59,473 nucleotides of DNA from Minisyncoccota bacterium (GCA_041389085.1 JAWKSL010000003.1:1-59473); one strand, 5' to 3'. Positions 34,372 through 45,467 are shown, counted from the stretch's first letter. Program-made: numbers and translations. The notes: generated by a model not told the origin, from the letters alone.

Positions 34372-35582
34372 TTAAAATACTTGGACAAGATTGTAGATTG
34401 GGATAAGTATAGCCGCAAAAAGAAGTCCTACGAGCACACCGAGCACCACCATCAGTGTTGGCTGAATAAGCTCAACAAGGTTTGATACTAAGCCATCTAT
34501 TTCTCGGTTGTAGAACTTTGCTATACGATCGAACATTGCTTCTATCTTTCCTGTCTTCTCTCCGATTGCAACCATTTGCCCCACTATTGGAGGGAAATAC
34601 CTGTTTTCGCGGCTTAGCGCTACGGAAAGAAGCTCTCCGGCGCGTACTGACTCTGCTACACGCAACAAACTGTCTGCATAGACCGTACTTCCAATTGCGT
34701 GGGCGCTTATTTCAATAGCTTGGGTAATAGGAATACCTCCTTTTACGAGTACTGCAAGCGATTCTGAGAAGCGCGTAACATACAGTTTTTGGAAAAGCTT
34801 TCCGATAACTGGGATTTTAAGGCTTACGGTGTTCCACATTATTTTTCCTTCGTCTGATCGGAAGTATTCGTAAAGGAAGAACAAAGCTACCGCGATAGCG
34901 ATCAGAATTGCTACCCACCAGTGAGCTACAAAGTTGCCTGTGTTAAGCAGAACTCTGGTAATCGTTGGCACTTGACACTACTTTCTTCAAAGATTGGAGA
35001 AAGCTGCGGAAATACGAAGGCGATAAGAATACCAGCAACTGCGATAAAGAGTGCGATAACAAAGGCTGGATAAATCAGCGCGTTTCGCACGCGCCCAAGC
35101 AGGGTAAGCTCCTTTTCTAGGTAGTCAGCAAGGAAGCCCATAGCCTCCTCTACTCGTCCGGTAACCTCGGCGCTTCGTACAAGGTTTATATAAAACTCGG
35201 AAAAAATAGCGTCGTGGCGCTCAAGCGACTGCGAAAGTGAAAGTCCTGCGTCGATATCCTGCGCTATCTGATAGATAGTTTCTTTGAGTCTTTCGTTTTT
35301 CGTTTGGGCGTGAAGATTTTTCAGCGCATCGTTGATGGAGATCTTTGCCTCAAGCATAGTCGCAAACTGGCGAGTGAAGACCATAACGTCTGCACGCTTT
35401 ACCCGGTTGAATAACGCTAAAACTCCGCTGAAAAAGCGGATGTTGCGAATTTCTTCAATGCTAAGAATAAAGAGGTCGTGGCTGGTAAGAATTTTCAGCG
35501 CAGACTGCCTGTTTGGCGCGTCTACGTAGCCTACCTGCATTTCTCCTGATTTTGTTCGTGCGCTGTAGTGAAACTTTGCCAT
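34372..35582 (-). pseudogene. pilC: Type IV pilus platform protein PilC, one frameshift
   Basis: ORFs 34926..35582 and 34372..34971 overlap and together give a full GspF-type protein. The shift is near 34960 (...FEESSVK / PTITRVLL...). Confidence 0.8.
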
Positions 35583-35588
35583 AGCTGT

Positions 35589-36668
35589 TTAGAGTCGCTC
35601 TAGAAGTATTCGAAGCTCAGCTGGGTTGATTGAGTGAACCTCTGCTGTTTCGATAGAAATTTCTTTGTTCTTTACCAGTTGTGCAAGGCTGCGGTTGAGT
35701 GTGATCATGCCCTCTTGAAGGTTTGTTTCTATTACTAAGTCTATCTGGTAAGCCTTTTTCTCGCGGATAAGGTTTCGAATTGCTGAGTTTACGATCATGA
35801 TTTCTGTAGCTGGCACGAGTCCTCCGTCGATGCGAGGAACAAGGCGCTGAGAAACAATGGCAACTAAGGTTGCTGCGAGTTGGCTTGTTACCTGCCCTTG
35901 CTGCCCCTCTGGGAAAGAGTCGATAATACGGTCGATGGTTTGGCTCGCTGAGTTTGTGTGGAGCGTTGAAAATACAAGGTGCCCTGTTTCTGCTGCTGTC
36001 ATGGCAGTAGAAATAGAGTTTGGGTCGCGCATCTCCCCAACCATGATAACGTCTGGGTCTTGGCGAAGAATTGATTTAAGCGCCTGGTCGAAGCTGTTTG
36101 TGTCTGATCCAACTTCGCGCTGAGAAATGATGCATCGGTCTTGAGTGAAAAGGTACTCGATTGGGTCTTCAACAGTAATTATGTGCTCGCGGCGATTGTG
36201 GTTTATCTCATCTAAAATTGCTGCGAGACTGGTGCTTTTTCCGTGCCCTGCTGGTCCTACGAAAAGTACAAATCCTTGTGAAAGCTTTGAGAAGTCGTGA
36301 AGAATAGGTGGAAGGTTTAAGTCTTCTATCGTTTTGATTTCTGAAGCAATAAGCCGTAGTGCCGCAGCCATATGCCCCTTTTGCATAAACACGTTTGTTC
36401 GGAAGCGGGCTGCATCTTTGTGTGAAAATGAGAAGTCTATCTCGCGCTTTTCTGCAAAGGCTTTTTGCTGTTCTTCGCTCAAAAGTGCCGTTACGAGCCC
36501 TTTTGCGCTCTCAGGAGACACAATTTCTTCTTGCTCGAGAGGAACGAGCTTTCCATCAATACGTAGTGCTGGCTTTTTCCCTACACCGATATGTAAATCA
36601 GACGCGCCTTGTCTGGCGGTTGTTGTAAGAAGGTCGTCAATTTTTGCCTTGTAGTTTAGTTCTGGCAT
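35589..36668 (-). CDS. pilT: Twitching motility ATPase PilT
   Basis: 359 aa with Walker A GPAGHGKST, Asp box, Walker B DVIMVGEMRD and the His box. Confidence 0.9.
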   Translation of the reverse strand: MPELNYKAKIDDLLTTTARQGASDLHIGVGKKPALRIDGKLVPLEQEEIVSPESAKGLVTALLSEEQQKAFAEKREIDFSFSHKDAARFRTNVFMQKGHMAAALRLIASEIKTIEDLNLPPILHDFSKLSQGFVLFVGPAGHGKSTSLAAILDEINHNRREHIITVEDPIEYLFTQDRCIISQREVGSDTNSFDQALKSILRQDPDVIMVGEMRDPNSISTAMTAAETGHLVFSTLHTNSASQTIDRIIDSFPEGQQGQVTSQLAATLVAIVSQRLVPRIDGGLVPATEIMIVNSAIRNLIREKKAYQIDLVIETNLQEGMITLNRSLAQLVKNKEISIETAEVHSINPAELRILLERL

Positions 36669-36690
36669 GTTTGTTTTAATTTTATCACGA

Positions 36691-38408
36691 TTAGTAGCTT
36701 TCTGTTTCTCTTAATATTTCTTCAATACTTACTAAACCTTTTAATGCCTTTAGAACTCCGTCTTGCCTGAGTGTTACCATGCCTGACTTGCGTGCTACTT
36801 CTACAATTTTTGCTTCGTCAACGCCTTTACTAATTGCTTGGCCAATTTCTTTCGTCATTGGGAGCACTTCGAAGAGTGCCACGCGCCCTGCGATTCCATT
36901 GCTGCAGTTTTTGCATCCTCCTGGTTTGTAAACCTTGTATGGCTTCGGTAACTTTGCTTGCAGTGTTGCGAGTGCTGACTCAATTTCTTTTGTTATTTCT
37001 GGTGTTGCTTCTTCTTCTTTCTTACACTCCTGACAGAGCTTCGATACAAGGCGCTGAGCCACCATAAGGTTGAGTGAGCTTGGCAATAAGAAACTTTCAA
37101 TTCCCATATCGATAAGGCGCGGAATAACTCCGACTGCATTGTTGGTGTGTAGGGTGGAAAGCACGATGTGACCGGTGAGTGCAGCGTGTACGGCAAGCTC
37201 TGCCGTTTCTGTGTCTCGAATTTCTCCAACCATGATTATGTCTGGGTCTTGGCGAAGGATTTGTCTTAGCCCGCTGGCAAAGGTGTATTTTATCTCTGGC
37301 GTACTTGGCTTTGGTTTATACCGTCGATCGTGTACTCAACTGGGTCTTCAAGGCTTACAATGTTTTCTCCCACCTGGTTGAGCTGCTGCATGATTGCGTA
37401 AATTGTCGTGCTTTTTCCGCTTCCAGTTGGACCGGTAACGAGCACCATTCCATATGGTCGCTTAACGGCGCTGAGCAGCACTTCTTTGTTCTTTCCAACG
37501 AGCCCGAGGTCGTCGAGGCTCTTGAGTCCTGTTTCTGGGTCGAGTACACGAAGTGCTACCTTCTCCCCTGTTGGGGTTGGAAATGTAGCCACACGGAAGT
37601 CTATATCGCGGCCAAAAATTTGCGTTCTAAAGCGTCCGTCTTGAGGAATGCGGGTTTCGTCTATCTTTAAGTCAGACATGATTTTGACGCGGGAAACTAT
37701 CGGTTGGTGAAGTTCCACTGGCATCGATGCTTGCTCTTTGAGCTCTCCATCGGTACGGAAACGAATCCTTAGACGCTTTCTTTGCGGCTCGATGTGGATG
37801 TCTGAAGCTTTTTGGTTTATCGCTTCTTTTAGGAGCGAGGCTACTATTTTTATTATTGGAGCGTCTTCGGTGCGCGCGTTTGCGCCATCTTCCAGCCCAA
37901 CGGTTTTCATGCCCGACTTTCTGTTGGTATCTTTCAAGTCGAGTGAACGAAGTGCTTCTTGATACACACTTTCAAACGGTGAGTAGCGGTGGAGGACTTT
38001 TTTTAAATCTGATGGAGTTATAACGTATGCACCAAGGCTTAGCTGCTTTTGCTTGGCTATAAAACGCAAAACTTCCTGAGCTTTTTCGCTTTCAGGATTA
38101 ACCATTCCTACGGTAAGCATTTGGTCGTTTAGCGCGAGCGGAATGACTTTGTAAGTACGCGCAGTGTCTTCAGGGATTATTTTGAGCAGTTCGTCGCTTA
38201 TTTCTGCCGAACTTACCGCTTTTGTTGGCACACCGAGCACTTTGCTTTTTGCTTTTGCAACAGCAACTTCACTTGCGAGGTTTCTCCCCTCCAGCACGTC
38301 TTCAATTGGCTTACCAAATTCGCTCGCTTCTTTTAGGGCGAGCTCTCCATCGGCTTTCGATAGTGCCTTTTGGGCTATGAGTTCTTGTATAAATTGCTGA
38401 TTATCCAT
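36691..38408 (-). pseudogene. pilB: Type IV pilus assembly ATPase PilB/GspE, one frameshift
   Basis: ORFs 37290..38408 (T2SSE_N + Walker A GPTGSGKST) and 36691..37233 (MVGEIRD...). One missing base at about 37296 (CGCCAGAG versus the expected CGCCCAGAG) restores ...[32 protein letters not shown]. Confidence 0.85.
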
Positions 38409-38454
38409 AACGATTAGCGCGTGCTCATTGATCTTGCGGCAAACCTGCAGGCTT

Positions 38455-38745
38455 CTATCGTGTGAATGGATTTGACCTGCCGAATGATCCGGTTACTTGA
38501 AGGGTTCCAAAAAGTCTTAGCCGTTGAAATGCTTCTGAGCTAAGTACTTGCTGTGGGTCAACTTCGAAATTTGCGAGCCTTCTGTTTCTTTCAAGGCTTG
38601 GGCTTGCAATGTAGTCAAATGCGGGCTTTGGTGCAAAGAAAAGCGCGTAGGCTGCTCCGAGAAGAAATAGAATAAAGACAACCATTGTAACGAGTCGTGA
38701 TAGTCCTCGCGTACTGCGTTTTGGTGCTGATACTTTTATAGCCAT
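38455..38745 (-). CDS. Hypothetical membrane-anchored protein in the pilus cluster
   Basis: 96 aa with one TM helix, in the PilP position between pilO-like and pilB. Confidence 0.55.
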   Translation of the reverse strand: MAIKVSAPKRSTRGLSRLVTMVVFILFLLGAAYALFFAPKPAFDYIASPSLERNRRLANFEVDPQQVLSSEAFQRLRLFGTLQVTGSFGRSNPFTR

Positions 38746-38746
38746 A

Positions 38747-39322
38747 TTACTTTGTTTGGTAGTACGCCTTTAATTGTAACCGTACGGTAAATAGGTTTGA
38801 TCCTGGATCTGCAGCTGACTCAATAGAAACTTCGTTGATGTCCATAATGCGCACATCGCGCTCGAGCGCTTCGATAAAGGCTCTAATTGACTCGTAGCTA
38901 CCGATAAGAGTGGTTTCTACCTGCATTGTGCCGAGGTTTCGTAGTGCGCCTGAGTTACTGTCTCTGTTTGGTGCGAGCGCAAGTGCGGTGTTTGAGCTAA
39001 AGTCGTCTACTCTCAGCCCTGAACGTGATGCTATAGAGTAAACTTCGTTGAAAAGTGCTGAAACGGCTTCATCGTTTGGTACTACGTTGCTGAGAGTGCT
39101 TTCAAGCCCTGGAATGCTTTCAAAACGCGCGAGAAGTTCGCGGATTTTCTCTACAATCTGTCTTTGCTCGCTGAGTGCATCTTGTTTTGTTGAAAGCTCT
39201 CCACGCAGGAGGTTTGCATCTGCATACGCTGGAACTACAAAGCTTGCGTAAATGAATATCGCCATCACAAAAAATGCGAGTGAGAGGATGATACTGATTG
39301 CTCGTTTGCTTGATTGGGTCAT
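38747..39322 (-). CDS. pilO: PilO-like pilus assembly protein
   Basis: 191 aa with a TM anchor, coiled coil and ferredoxin-like C-terminus. Position is after pilN. Confidence 0.6.
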   Translation of the reverse strand: MTQSSKRAISIILSLAFFVMAIFIYASFVVPAYADANLLRGELSTKQDALSEQRQIVEKIRELLARFESIPGLESTLSNVVPNDEAVSALFNEVYSIASRSGLRVDDFSSNTALALAPNRDSNSGALRNLGTMQVETTLIGSYESIRAFIEALERDVRIMDINEVSIESAADPGSNLFTVRLQLKAYYQTK

Positions 39323-39326
39323 ATTT

Positions 39327-39986
39327 TTATTCCTCTATTTGCTCTACTGCCTCTGGCTCTACTTCTTCGGTCTGACCTTGCTCAATTGTTGCTGTTGTTG
39401 GGGTGTTTTCAGCACGGAAAATATCTTTGTCTGGGTAAATAACAATTCTGAAGTAAACACCGCCGCCGTCTGCAGCGCGTGACTCGCTCACCAGAGCTCT
39501 CTCTACCTGATCAAGGGCATCGATGCGTTGAAGTTGCTCTCCAAGGTCCTTAAAACTTGATGAAATACCTTCAAGTGAAACTCTGTTTTCTTGCGCCTCG
39601 TACTCAAGGGCGGTTAAAAACGTGTTGCTTTGAATGTTTTGCTCTATAAGGCTGAAAAGTGGTGAGAAAAACGTATGGTCGCTCAGTATGTCTTCTATGT
39701 GTAGCACTTGAGAGTAGAAGTTTATAAAGCTTTCCTGGTCTGCTACTGGTACTTCTTGCTCTATTTGCTCAAGGCTTGCATCTACTTTCTTAATTTGTGA
39801 TTTCAAAAACGGTGAGTAGCCAAATTCAAGGCCAAGATATGCCACTGCGGCTACTATAAGAAGGAAGGTGCTAAAAGAGAAAAGCCTCCAGGACCACCCT
39901 GGAGTTGATGATGAGTCTCTTCCTATCATTTGATATGGGTCTTGCCTTTGCTGACCCATTGGAGAGTTTTGGATGTGTGGTTCCAT
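39327..39986 (-). CDS. pilN: PilN-like pilus assembly protein
   Basis: 219 aa with one TM helix. Position is after pilM. Confidence 0.55.
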   Translation of the reverse strand: MEPHIQNSPMGQQRQDPYQMIGRDSSSTPGWSWRLFSFSTFLLIVAAVAYLGLEFGYSPFLKSQIKKVDASLEQIEQEVPVADQESFINFYSQVLHIEDILSDHTFFSPLFSLIEQNIQSNTFLTALEYEAQENRVSLEGISSSFKDLGEQLQRIDALDQVERALVSESRAADGGGVYFRIVIYPDKDIFRAENTPTTATIEQGQTEEVEPEAVEQIEE

Positions 39987-39991
39987 GTATG

Positions 39992-41068
39992 TTATGCGTT
40001 TTTAAGCGCAAGACCGATTGCTACTGATAGCGTTGGTCCAAGGTTTTGTGATATCGCCTGTACTTCAGGCGGAAACGTTATGTTTGCAAGCGGGTTTGCA
40101 CGAGAAACCTCTATCCCGAAACTCTGTGAAACGTACTCTGGAAGCCCCTCGATAAGAGCAGTGCTTCCGGAGAGGATTATTCCATCTACTTGTTCGTTGT
40201 AACTTTTTTCAAAATTTTCCTTAACTCGTCTTGCTTCGCTCAGTATAGCATCGATGATTGGCAGCATTATTGTGGATAATTCGAGTTGTCCACCTTGTCC
40301 TTGCAGTGGCGTCGATCGTTTTAAATCTTCCGCTCTGCTTGGACTAATGTTGAGTGCCTGACTGAGCGCTTGTGTTATCGAGCCACCAGAAAAGTCAGCT
40401 TGAGCTGCATATTTAAGCTCACCTTCTTTTGCTACTGAAAGCGCGGTTGACCTACCACCGATATCGATGATGAGTTTTGGTGTTTTACTTGCAAGGCTGA
40501 GCACTCGCGCACTACTTACCTGCTCGAGTTCTAACGCATCGAGTCGCAATCCGGCGCGCTGAAATATTTCAGCATACTTTTGGATTGTTTCGTTTGGAAT
40601 TGAAATAAGAAGCACCTGCTGAGTTTTTGATCCGTCTGCAGCTACTTTTTCTCCCACTTTGAGCCAGTCGATGGTAACGGTTGAAATTGGGAGTGGAATA
40701 TAGTTCTTTGCTTGAAACTGTACTGCCTGCGCAACCTCGTGGTCTGATTTTACCGGAAGCTCAAGAAGCGTTGAGAAGCCCACAAATGAAGGAAGGCTCG
40801 CTACAGCCGTCGTAGAGCGAAAGCCTGCTTTTGATTTTAAAAGCTGTAGATAAGAAATAATATCGGTGTCTAGAAGCTTGAGCGTGCTGGACTGAATTGC
40901 CCCGTTGGTGCGGCTCATAGCCCCTACCGCCTCCATAATGGCGTAGTTTGATAGCGCAAAGCCCTTTTGTTTTGATCCTGTCAGCTCAACTGCTTTTATC
41001 GCGGTCGTTCCGATGTCTACCCCAAAAAGATCTCCCTTTCCTATTTTTACTTTCGAAAAAATTCCCAT
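39992..41068 (-). CDS. pilM: Type IV pilus assembly protein PilM (actin-like ATPase)
   Basis: 358 aa with DIGTTAIKAVEL and IIDIGGRST phosphate-binding motifs. Confidence 0.85.
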   Translation of the reverse strand: MGIFSKVKIGKGDLFGVDIGTTAIKAVELTGSKQKGFALSNYAIMEAVGAMSRTNGAIQSSTLKLLDTDIISYLQLLKSKAGFRSTTAVASLPSFVGFSTLLELPVKSDHEVAQAVQFQAKNYIPLPISTVTIDWLKVGEKVAADGSKTQQVLLISIPNETIQKYAEIFQRAGLRLDALELEQVSSARVLSLASKTPKLIIDIGGRSTALSVAKEGELKYAAQADFSGGSITQALSQALNISPSRAEDLKRSTPLQGQGGQLELSTIMLPIIDAILSEARRVKENFEKSYNEQVDGIILSGSTALIEGLPEYVSQSFGIEVSRANPLANITFPPEVQAISQNLGPTLSVAIGLALKNA

Positions 41069-41105
41069 GACTGTGGATTCAATAGTTGCTAGTATTTTAT
41101 CATAG

Positions 41106-41801
41106 ATGAGGATTTTATCTCTTTTTTCTAAACTCCTTTTCCCGCCCGTCTGTCTTGTGTGTAAAAAAGGAGTCGATATTGATAACGAATTTTTTATTTG
41201 CCCTGATTGCGAATCTGACCTCCCTATTGAATCCTCTCTTTTTGATGGAATTAGTAAGCAGAGACTTCCCTATCTCAAACGCCTTGAATACCCTACTGGG
41301 TCTTTTCTTCTTATATCGCCACTTTCCTACCACGATGATCGCGTGAAACAACTAATCTTGCGTCTGAAGTTTTCTAAGCTCCTTGCCTTTGCAAAACCCC
41401 TCGGACACCTCAGCGCAAAAGCTATAGAACTTTCTGAGTTTGATTTTTCAGAATTTATTGTTACTTACATTCCACTCCATCCTTCGCGCGAGCGCACTCG
41501 CGGCTTTAATCAAAGTGAAGTTATTGCCCGGATTGTTTCAAAACATTCAACTCTTCCTCTTCATTCAACACTCAAGCGCACCGTCAACACAAAGGTGCAA
41601 TCCTCGCTTTCAGAGAGAAGCGAGCGCATTAAAAATGTGAGTGGTGCTTTTACTGCTTTGGATCCCGTATTTCTCAAAGGAAAGAAATTTCTTATTGTTG
41701 ACGACGTTTGTACCAGCGGCGCTACGCTCTCTCAAGCGTGCCGCACGCTCAAGCACGCTGGCGCTACAACAGTCGTTGCTCTCGCAGCGGCTAAGGCTTA
41801 G
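41106..41801 (+). CDS. comF: ComF family phosphoribosyltransferase-like protein
   Basis: N-terminal CLVCKK...CPDC zinc ribbon and C-terminal PRT motif FLIVDDVCTSGATL. Confidence 0.85.
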   Translation: MRILSLFSKLLFPPVCLVCKKGVDIDNEFFICPDCESDLPIESSLFDGISKQRLPYLKRLEYPTGSFLLISPLSYHDDRVKQLILRLKFSKLLAFAKPLGHLSAKAIELSEFDFSEFIVTYIPLHPSRERTRGFNQSEVIARIVSKHSTLPLHSTLKRTVNTKVQSSLSERSERIKNVSGAFTALDPVFLKGKKFLIVDDVCTSGATLSQACRTLKHAGATTVVALAAAKA

Positions 41802-44438
41802 AAACGTTCGTGTACAAGCTTTTTTGTTGCCTCAACTGAAGCGATATTGAGCAAACCAAATGCAATTACTGCGATAATCCACACCCCTGAAAGTGGTACG
41901 GTGTTGAATAGTTTTTGGAAGAATGGTACGTAGATGGAAATTGCGATTAACGCCATTCCGATAAGGAAGCTCAGATTGACTGCCTGGTTTGAAAATGGAT
42001 TGTATTTATAAATTTCTTTTTTGAGTGAGCGCATAGAGAAAACGAGGAACAGCGTGTAGCTACTAAACGCTGCAAATGTAACGGTGCGTGCAAGAACCTC
42101 TTCTACACCAAACTGGAGTAGAAGAATGTAGAGAATAATGAGGAGCGCAGAGCTAATCGTTCCATTCATAAAGAGAAGGATTTTCATTTTGTTGGTGAAA
42201 ATTCCCTGTTTTATTTTGGTTGGCTGACTCTCTATCTTGTCTATCTTGTGCTCAAAGGCGAGGGCAAGGCCTGGGAAGGAATCTGCGAAGAAGTTTTTCC
42301 AAAGAATTTGTAGTGGGCTTAGCGGCATCGGAATACCAACGAGAATTGCGGCTCCAATAAGAAGCACCTCATCCAGAATCGAAGACATAAGATAAATGAG
42401 CGCTTTGCGCATGTTTTGTACGATGCGGTGCCCTTCTTTTATAGCCTCAACAATTGTTTCAAAGTTGTCGTCTAATAGCACAAGGTCGGCGGCCTGCTTG
42501 GCCACGTCTGTACCAGTGCCCATAGCAATACCGATGTCTGCTTGCTTGATTGCTGGCGCATCGTTTACTCCGTCGCCATTCATGGCCACAATTTCTCCAT
42601 TTGCTTGGAAGGCTTGCACGAGGCGCATTTTTCCTTCTGGGCTTACCCTACTTACTATTTTTAGATTTTTTGTACGCACTGAAAGCTCCTCGTCTGAAAG
42701 GGTTTCTAAAATTTCTCCTGAAAGTACACTGTCTTCACCAATAAGCATGCCGAGCTCTTTTGCTATCGAGACTGCAGTTCCCGTATGGTCTCCGGTAACA
42801 ATCACTGTCTTTACTCCTGCTTTTGTCACCTCTTCGAGCGAATCCTTAACTGTTTCTTTTATCGGGTCTTTAAACGAAATTGTTCCGATCAACTTTAATC
42901 CCTTTAGCGCCGCTAAGTCTTTCGCCGTTTTCTTACTTGTAGGGCCGACCTCAGCTGCAACGAGTGCCACTACCCGCTCCCCGTTGTAGGCCATAGCATC
43001 TACTTTTGTAAGTAGATCTTCTTTTTCTTCTTGGCTATAGTCGCAAAGCTGGATAAGTATTTCTGGCGCCCCGAGGGCGGTGACAAGTGTTGTTGTAGCT
43101 TTTCCTGAGAAAGCGCTCGTAATTTTTTGGTCTTTCGTTTTGTATTTTAGTGAAGAGTATTTGTTTTTTGAATTAAAAGGAAGGAAATCTACTTCTTCCT
43201 TTTGGCTTACTACTTCTGGGTAAAAAACTTTTGTGCGCTATTGCCGCCTCTTTCGCTAGTGATACTTCAAGACTTTTCCCCGCTATCTGCCACATGCTGG
43301 CGTCGTCGTTTGGATTTTGGATAGTTATGTCGGCGCTCAATAGGGCGAGGCTTAGAATGAACTGCTCGTCGGTAAGTTCTGATTTTATTTTTGAGAATGA
43401 ACGTATATTGGCAAGGCGCATTTTTGCTTGCGTAAGCGTACCCGTTTTGTCGGTAAGAATAACAGTTGTTGACCCAAGAGTTTCTGCGGCACTGAGTTGG
43501 CGCACAATACCGTTTTTTTTCGCAAGTCGCTGTACTCCAGTAGCAAGAATTATTGTCATAACGATCGGCAGCCCTTCTGGCACGGCTGCTACTAGTACGG
43601 CTACAGAGATAAGGAAAGCTTGTAGAAGCGGCTCGCCTGAGTTTATTGCTACAAGGAATATACCGACTGAGAGCGCAAAAATTCCGACGCTGGCCTTGAG
43701 AGAAAACTTGTAGAGTGCGTTTTGCAGCGGGGTCTTTTCATCTTTCTGATTTTTCACGAGGTGGGCGATTTTACCTATTTCGGTTTCAGCCCCGGTAGCG
43801 ACTACTGCTACGTTTGCGTAGCCTTGGGTGATAACACTTCCGGCAAACACCATAGAGCTTCGGTCTGCAAGTGCTGCGTCTGGCTGGTCTGCAACGTTGT
43901 TTTCTTTTGCGGCAAGGACTCCCTGTGAGGACTGCTTCGTTTGCATAGACATCGTTTTCAAAATAATGCGCGCATCTGCTGGCACCTTTGACCCGGCGCG
44001 AAGGCGCACTATGTCGCCTGGCACAAGGTTTTTCGCATCGACTTCAGTTTCTTTACCGTCGATAAGGACTATAGCTTTTTCTTGAATGTACTTTTTCAGC
44101 CCTTCGAGTGCCGACTCTGCGCGCTGCTCTTGGTAGTAGCCAAGTACTGCGTTTACCAGCGCTGCGGCGAAAATAAAGAGGGCGTCTTTGTAGTCTTGCA
44201 AGAAAAGCGTAATGGCGGTGGCTACAAGAAGTATGTAAATAATCGGGCTTTGGAATTGCCTGAGGAAAATTTTTAGCCTACTAAGCTTTTCTTTGTCGGC
44301 TATTTCGTTGTAGCCAAATTGTGCAAGTCTGTTTTTGCGCTCCTGCTCTTCAAGGCCCATTTGGTCTGACTGCAGAGCTACGAGTACCTGCTCTTTACTG
44401 AGCGTGTGTGTCGCTATTTTGGAAAACTTTGGATACAT
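41798..44438 (-). pseudogene. P-type cation-transporting ATPase (P2-type), frame-disrupted
   Basis: The 43173..44438 fragment carries the actuator domain and DKTGTLT. The 41798..42994 fragment carries TGDHTGTA, GDGVNDAPA and the C-terminal TM helices. The 42995-43230 segment changes frame at least twice. Confidence 0.8.
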
Positions 44439-44439
44439 A

Positions 44440-44529
44440 CTAAAGGCCCATGTTTGCGAGCGTCGCGGTTAAAAGTCGAACTATTAGGTAGAGTGCGAGC
44501 AAAATGAGGGCGATGTAAATAAACTTCAT
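44440..44529 (-). CDS. Candidate 29-aa hydrophobic peptide directly upstream of the P-type ATPase
   Basis: MKFIYIALILLALYLIVRLLTATLANMGL. Its stop lies 1 nt before the ATPase ATG. There is no clear RBS. Own translation. Confidence 0.35.
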   Translation of the reverse strand: MKFIYIALILLALYLIVRLLTATLANMGL

Positions 44530-44604
44530 AATTTAAGGGTGGCAATCTTCTTTACCCCTGTCAACTAATTTGTTAGGCTCGGTTTAGCTCTTTGGAGGAC
44601 TCAT

Positions 44605-45232
44605 ATGAGCGAAAACGTACACACTGCGGATAGCGGTGTGTGCCGCTACCCTGCCCTTCTTCAGCTTGTCAGCTTCAGCTTGGCCATCATCGTTGGCTTT
44701 TCGGCTAGCATCTACCAGATGTATGGAGTAAAGCTTATTGAGCTCGGCGCTTCTGAGCGAGGTCATTCACGCGTTTAGCGATGCCCTTGTGCTGGTACCT
44801 GCACTCATGGTCGCTTTCTTCCGCTATTCTGGCTTTGGCAAGGCTCGCTACCCGAACCTGGAGCGTCGAATCACTGATTGGATGGCCAACCTCATGATCG
44901 CGTGCGGAACGATCGCTGTGATTCTTTCCTTCGGTCACTTCTTCCATGTGGTTGAACTCCATGCGGAGGGTGGGAAAACCCCTGCGCTGTTTGGGCTTGG
45001 GGCAAACGCTGCCCAGTTTCTTCTGCTCCGTTGGTGTATAACGTGCCGCGTCCATCGCCTGGCGCGCTCCCACCTACTCATCGATTCGATCTCGAGCGTT
45101 GTCGTTGTAATCGAGCTTCATCTCGAACTCAACAAGCGCACAGGGCTTCCGATCGACGCGCTTGCTGGTTTTGCCCTTGGCATCATGCTTGTCATGGCCG
45201 GTGCAAAGGGTGGCCACAACCACGCGCACTAA
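44605..45232 (+). pseudogene. CDF-like (cation diffusion facilitator) transmembrane-only protein; GC-rich, split by a frameshift
   Basis: GGAGG RBS and ATG at 44605. TM1 is in frame 1 (to 44778). Frame 2 from 44738 carries SSALLSEVIHAFSDA and SHLLIDSISS (two HxxxD-type motifs). The frame change is near 44735-44745. Confidence 0.55.
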
Positions 45233-45234
45233 AA

Positions 45235-45268
45235 AGCCGCGTTCCTTGACTGGTTCGCGGCTCTTTTC
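45235..45268. terminator. Intrinsic terminator between convergent genes
   Basis: AGCCGCG-loop-CGCGGCT followed by CTTTT. Confidence 0.65.
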
Positions 45269-45466
45269 TTACTTGTTTTCCTGTATGAGCTTTAGCACTT
45301 CTTCTTTTGATACAAGTCCTTGGCGCTGTATCTCTTCTTGCACGATGCGCTTTAGCCCGTCTTCTATTTGTGATTGTTGGCTCTGAGCTTGCTTAAGCAA
45401 ATCTTTCATATCTTCAGGGCTCATACCCTTCATCATTTCCCTCGCTGCTTTGATGTTTTTAAACAT
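45269..45466 (-). CDS. Small hypothetical helical protein
   Basis: 65 aa, charged. Stop/start spacing to DUF167 is 1 nt. Confidence 0.6.
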   Translation of the reverse strand: MFKNIKAAREMMKGMSPEDMKDLLKQAQSQQSQIEDGLKRIVQEEIQRQGLVSKEEVLKLIQENK

Positions 45467-45467
45467 T

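Noticed and set aside
42396-43713. Long plus-strand ORFs (42396..42989, 43231..43713) antisense to the P-type ATPase, and similar antisense ORFs inside ligA, pilB, groEL, lysS and pgeF.
   Set aside because: They are Ser/Ala/Phe-rich low-complexity translations typical of the antisense strand of real genes. They have no start context, and the opposite strand carries clear conserved motifs.
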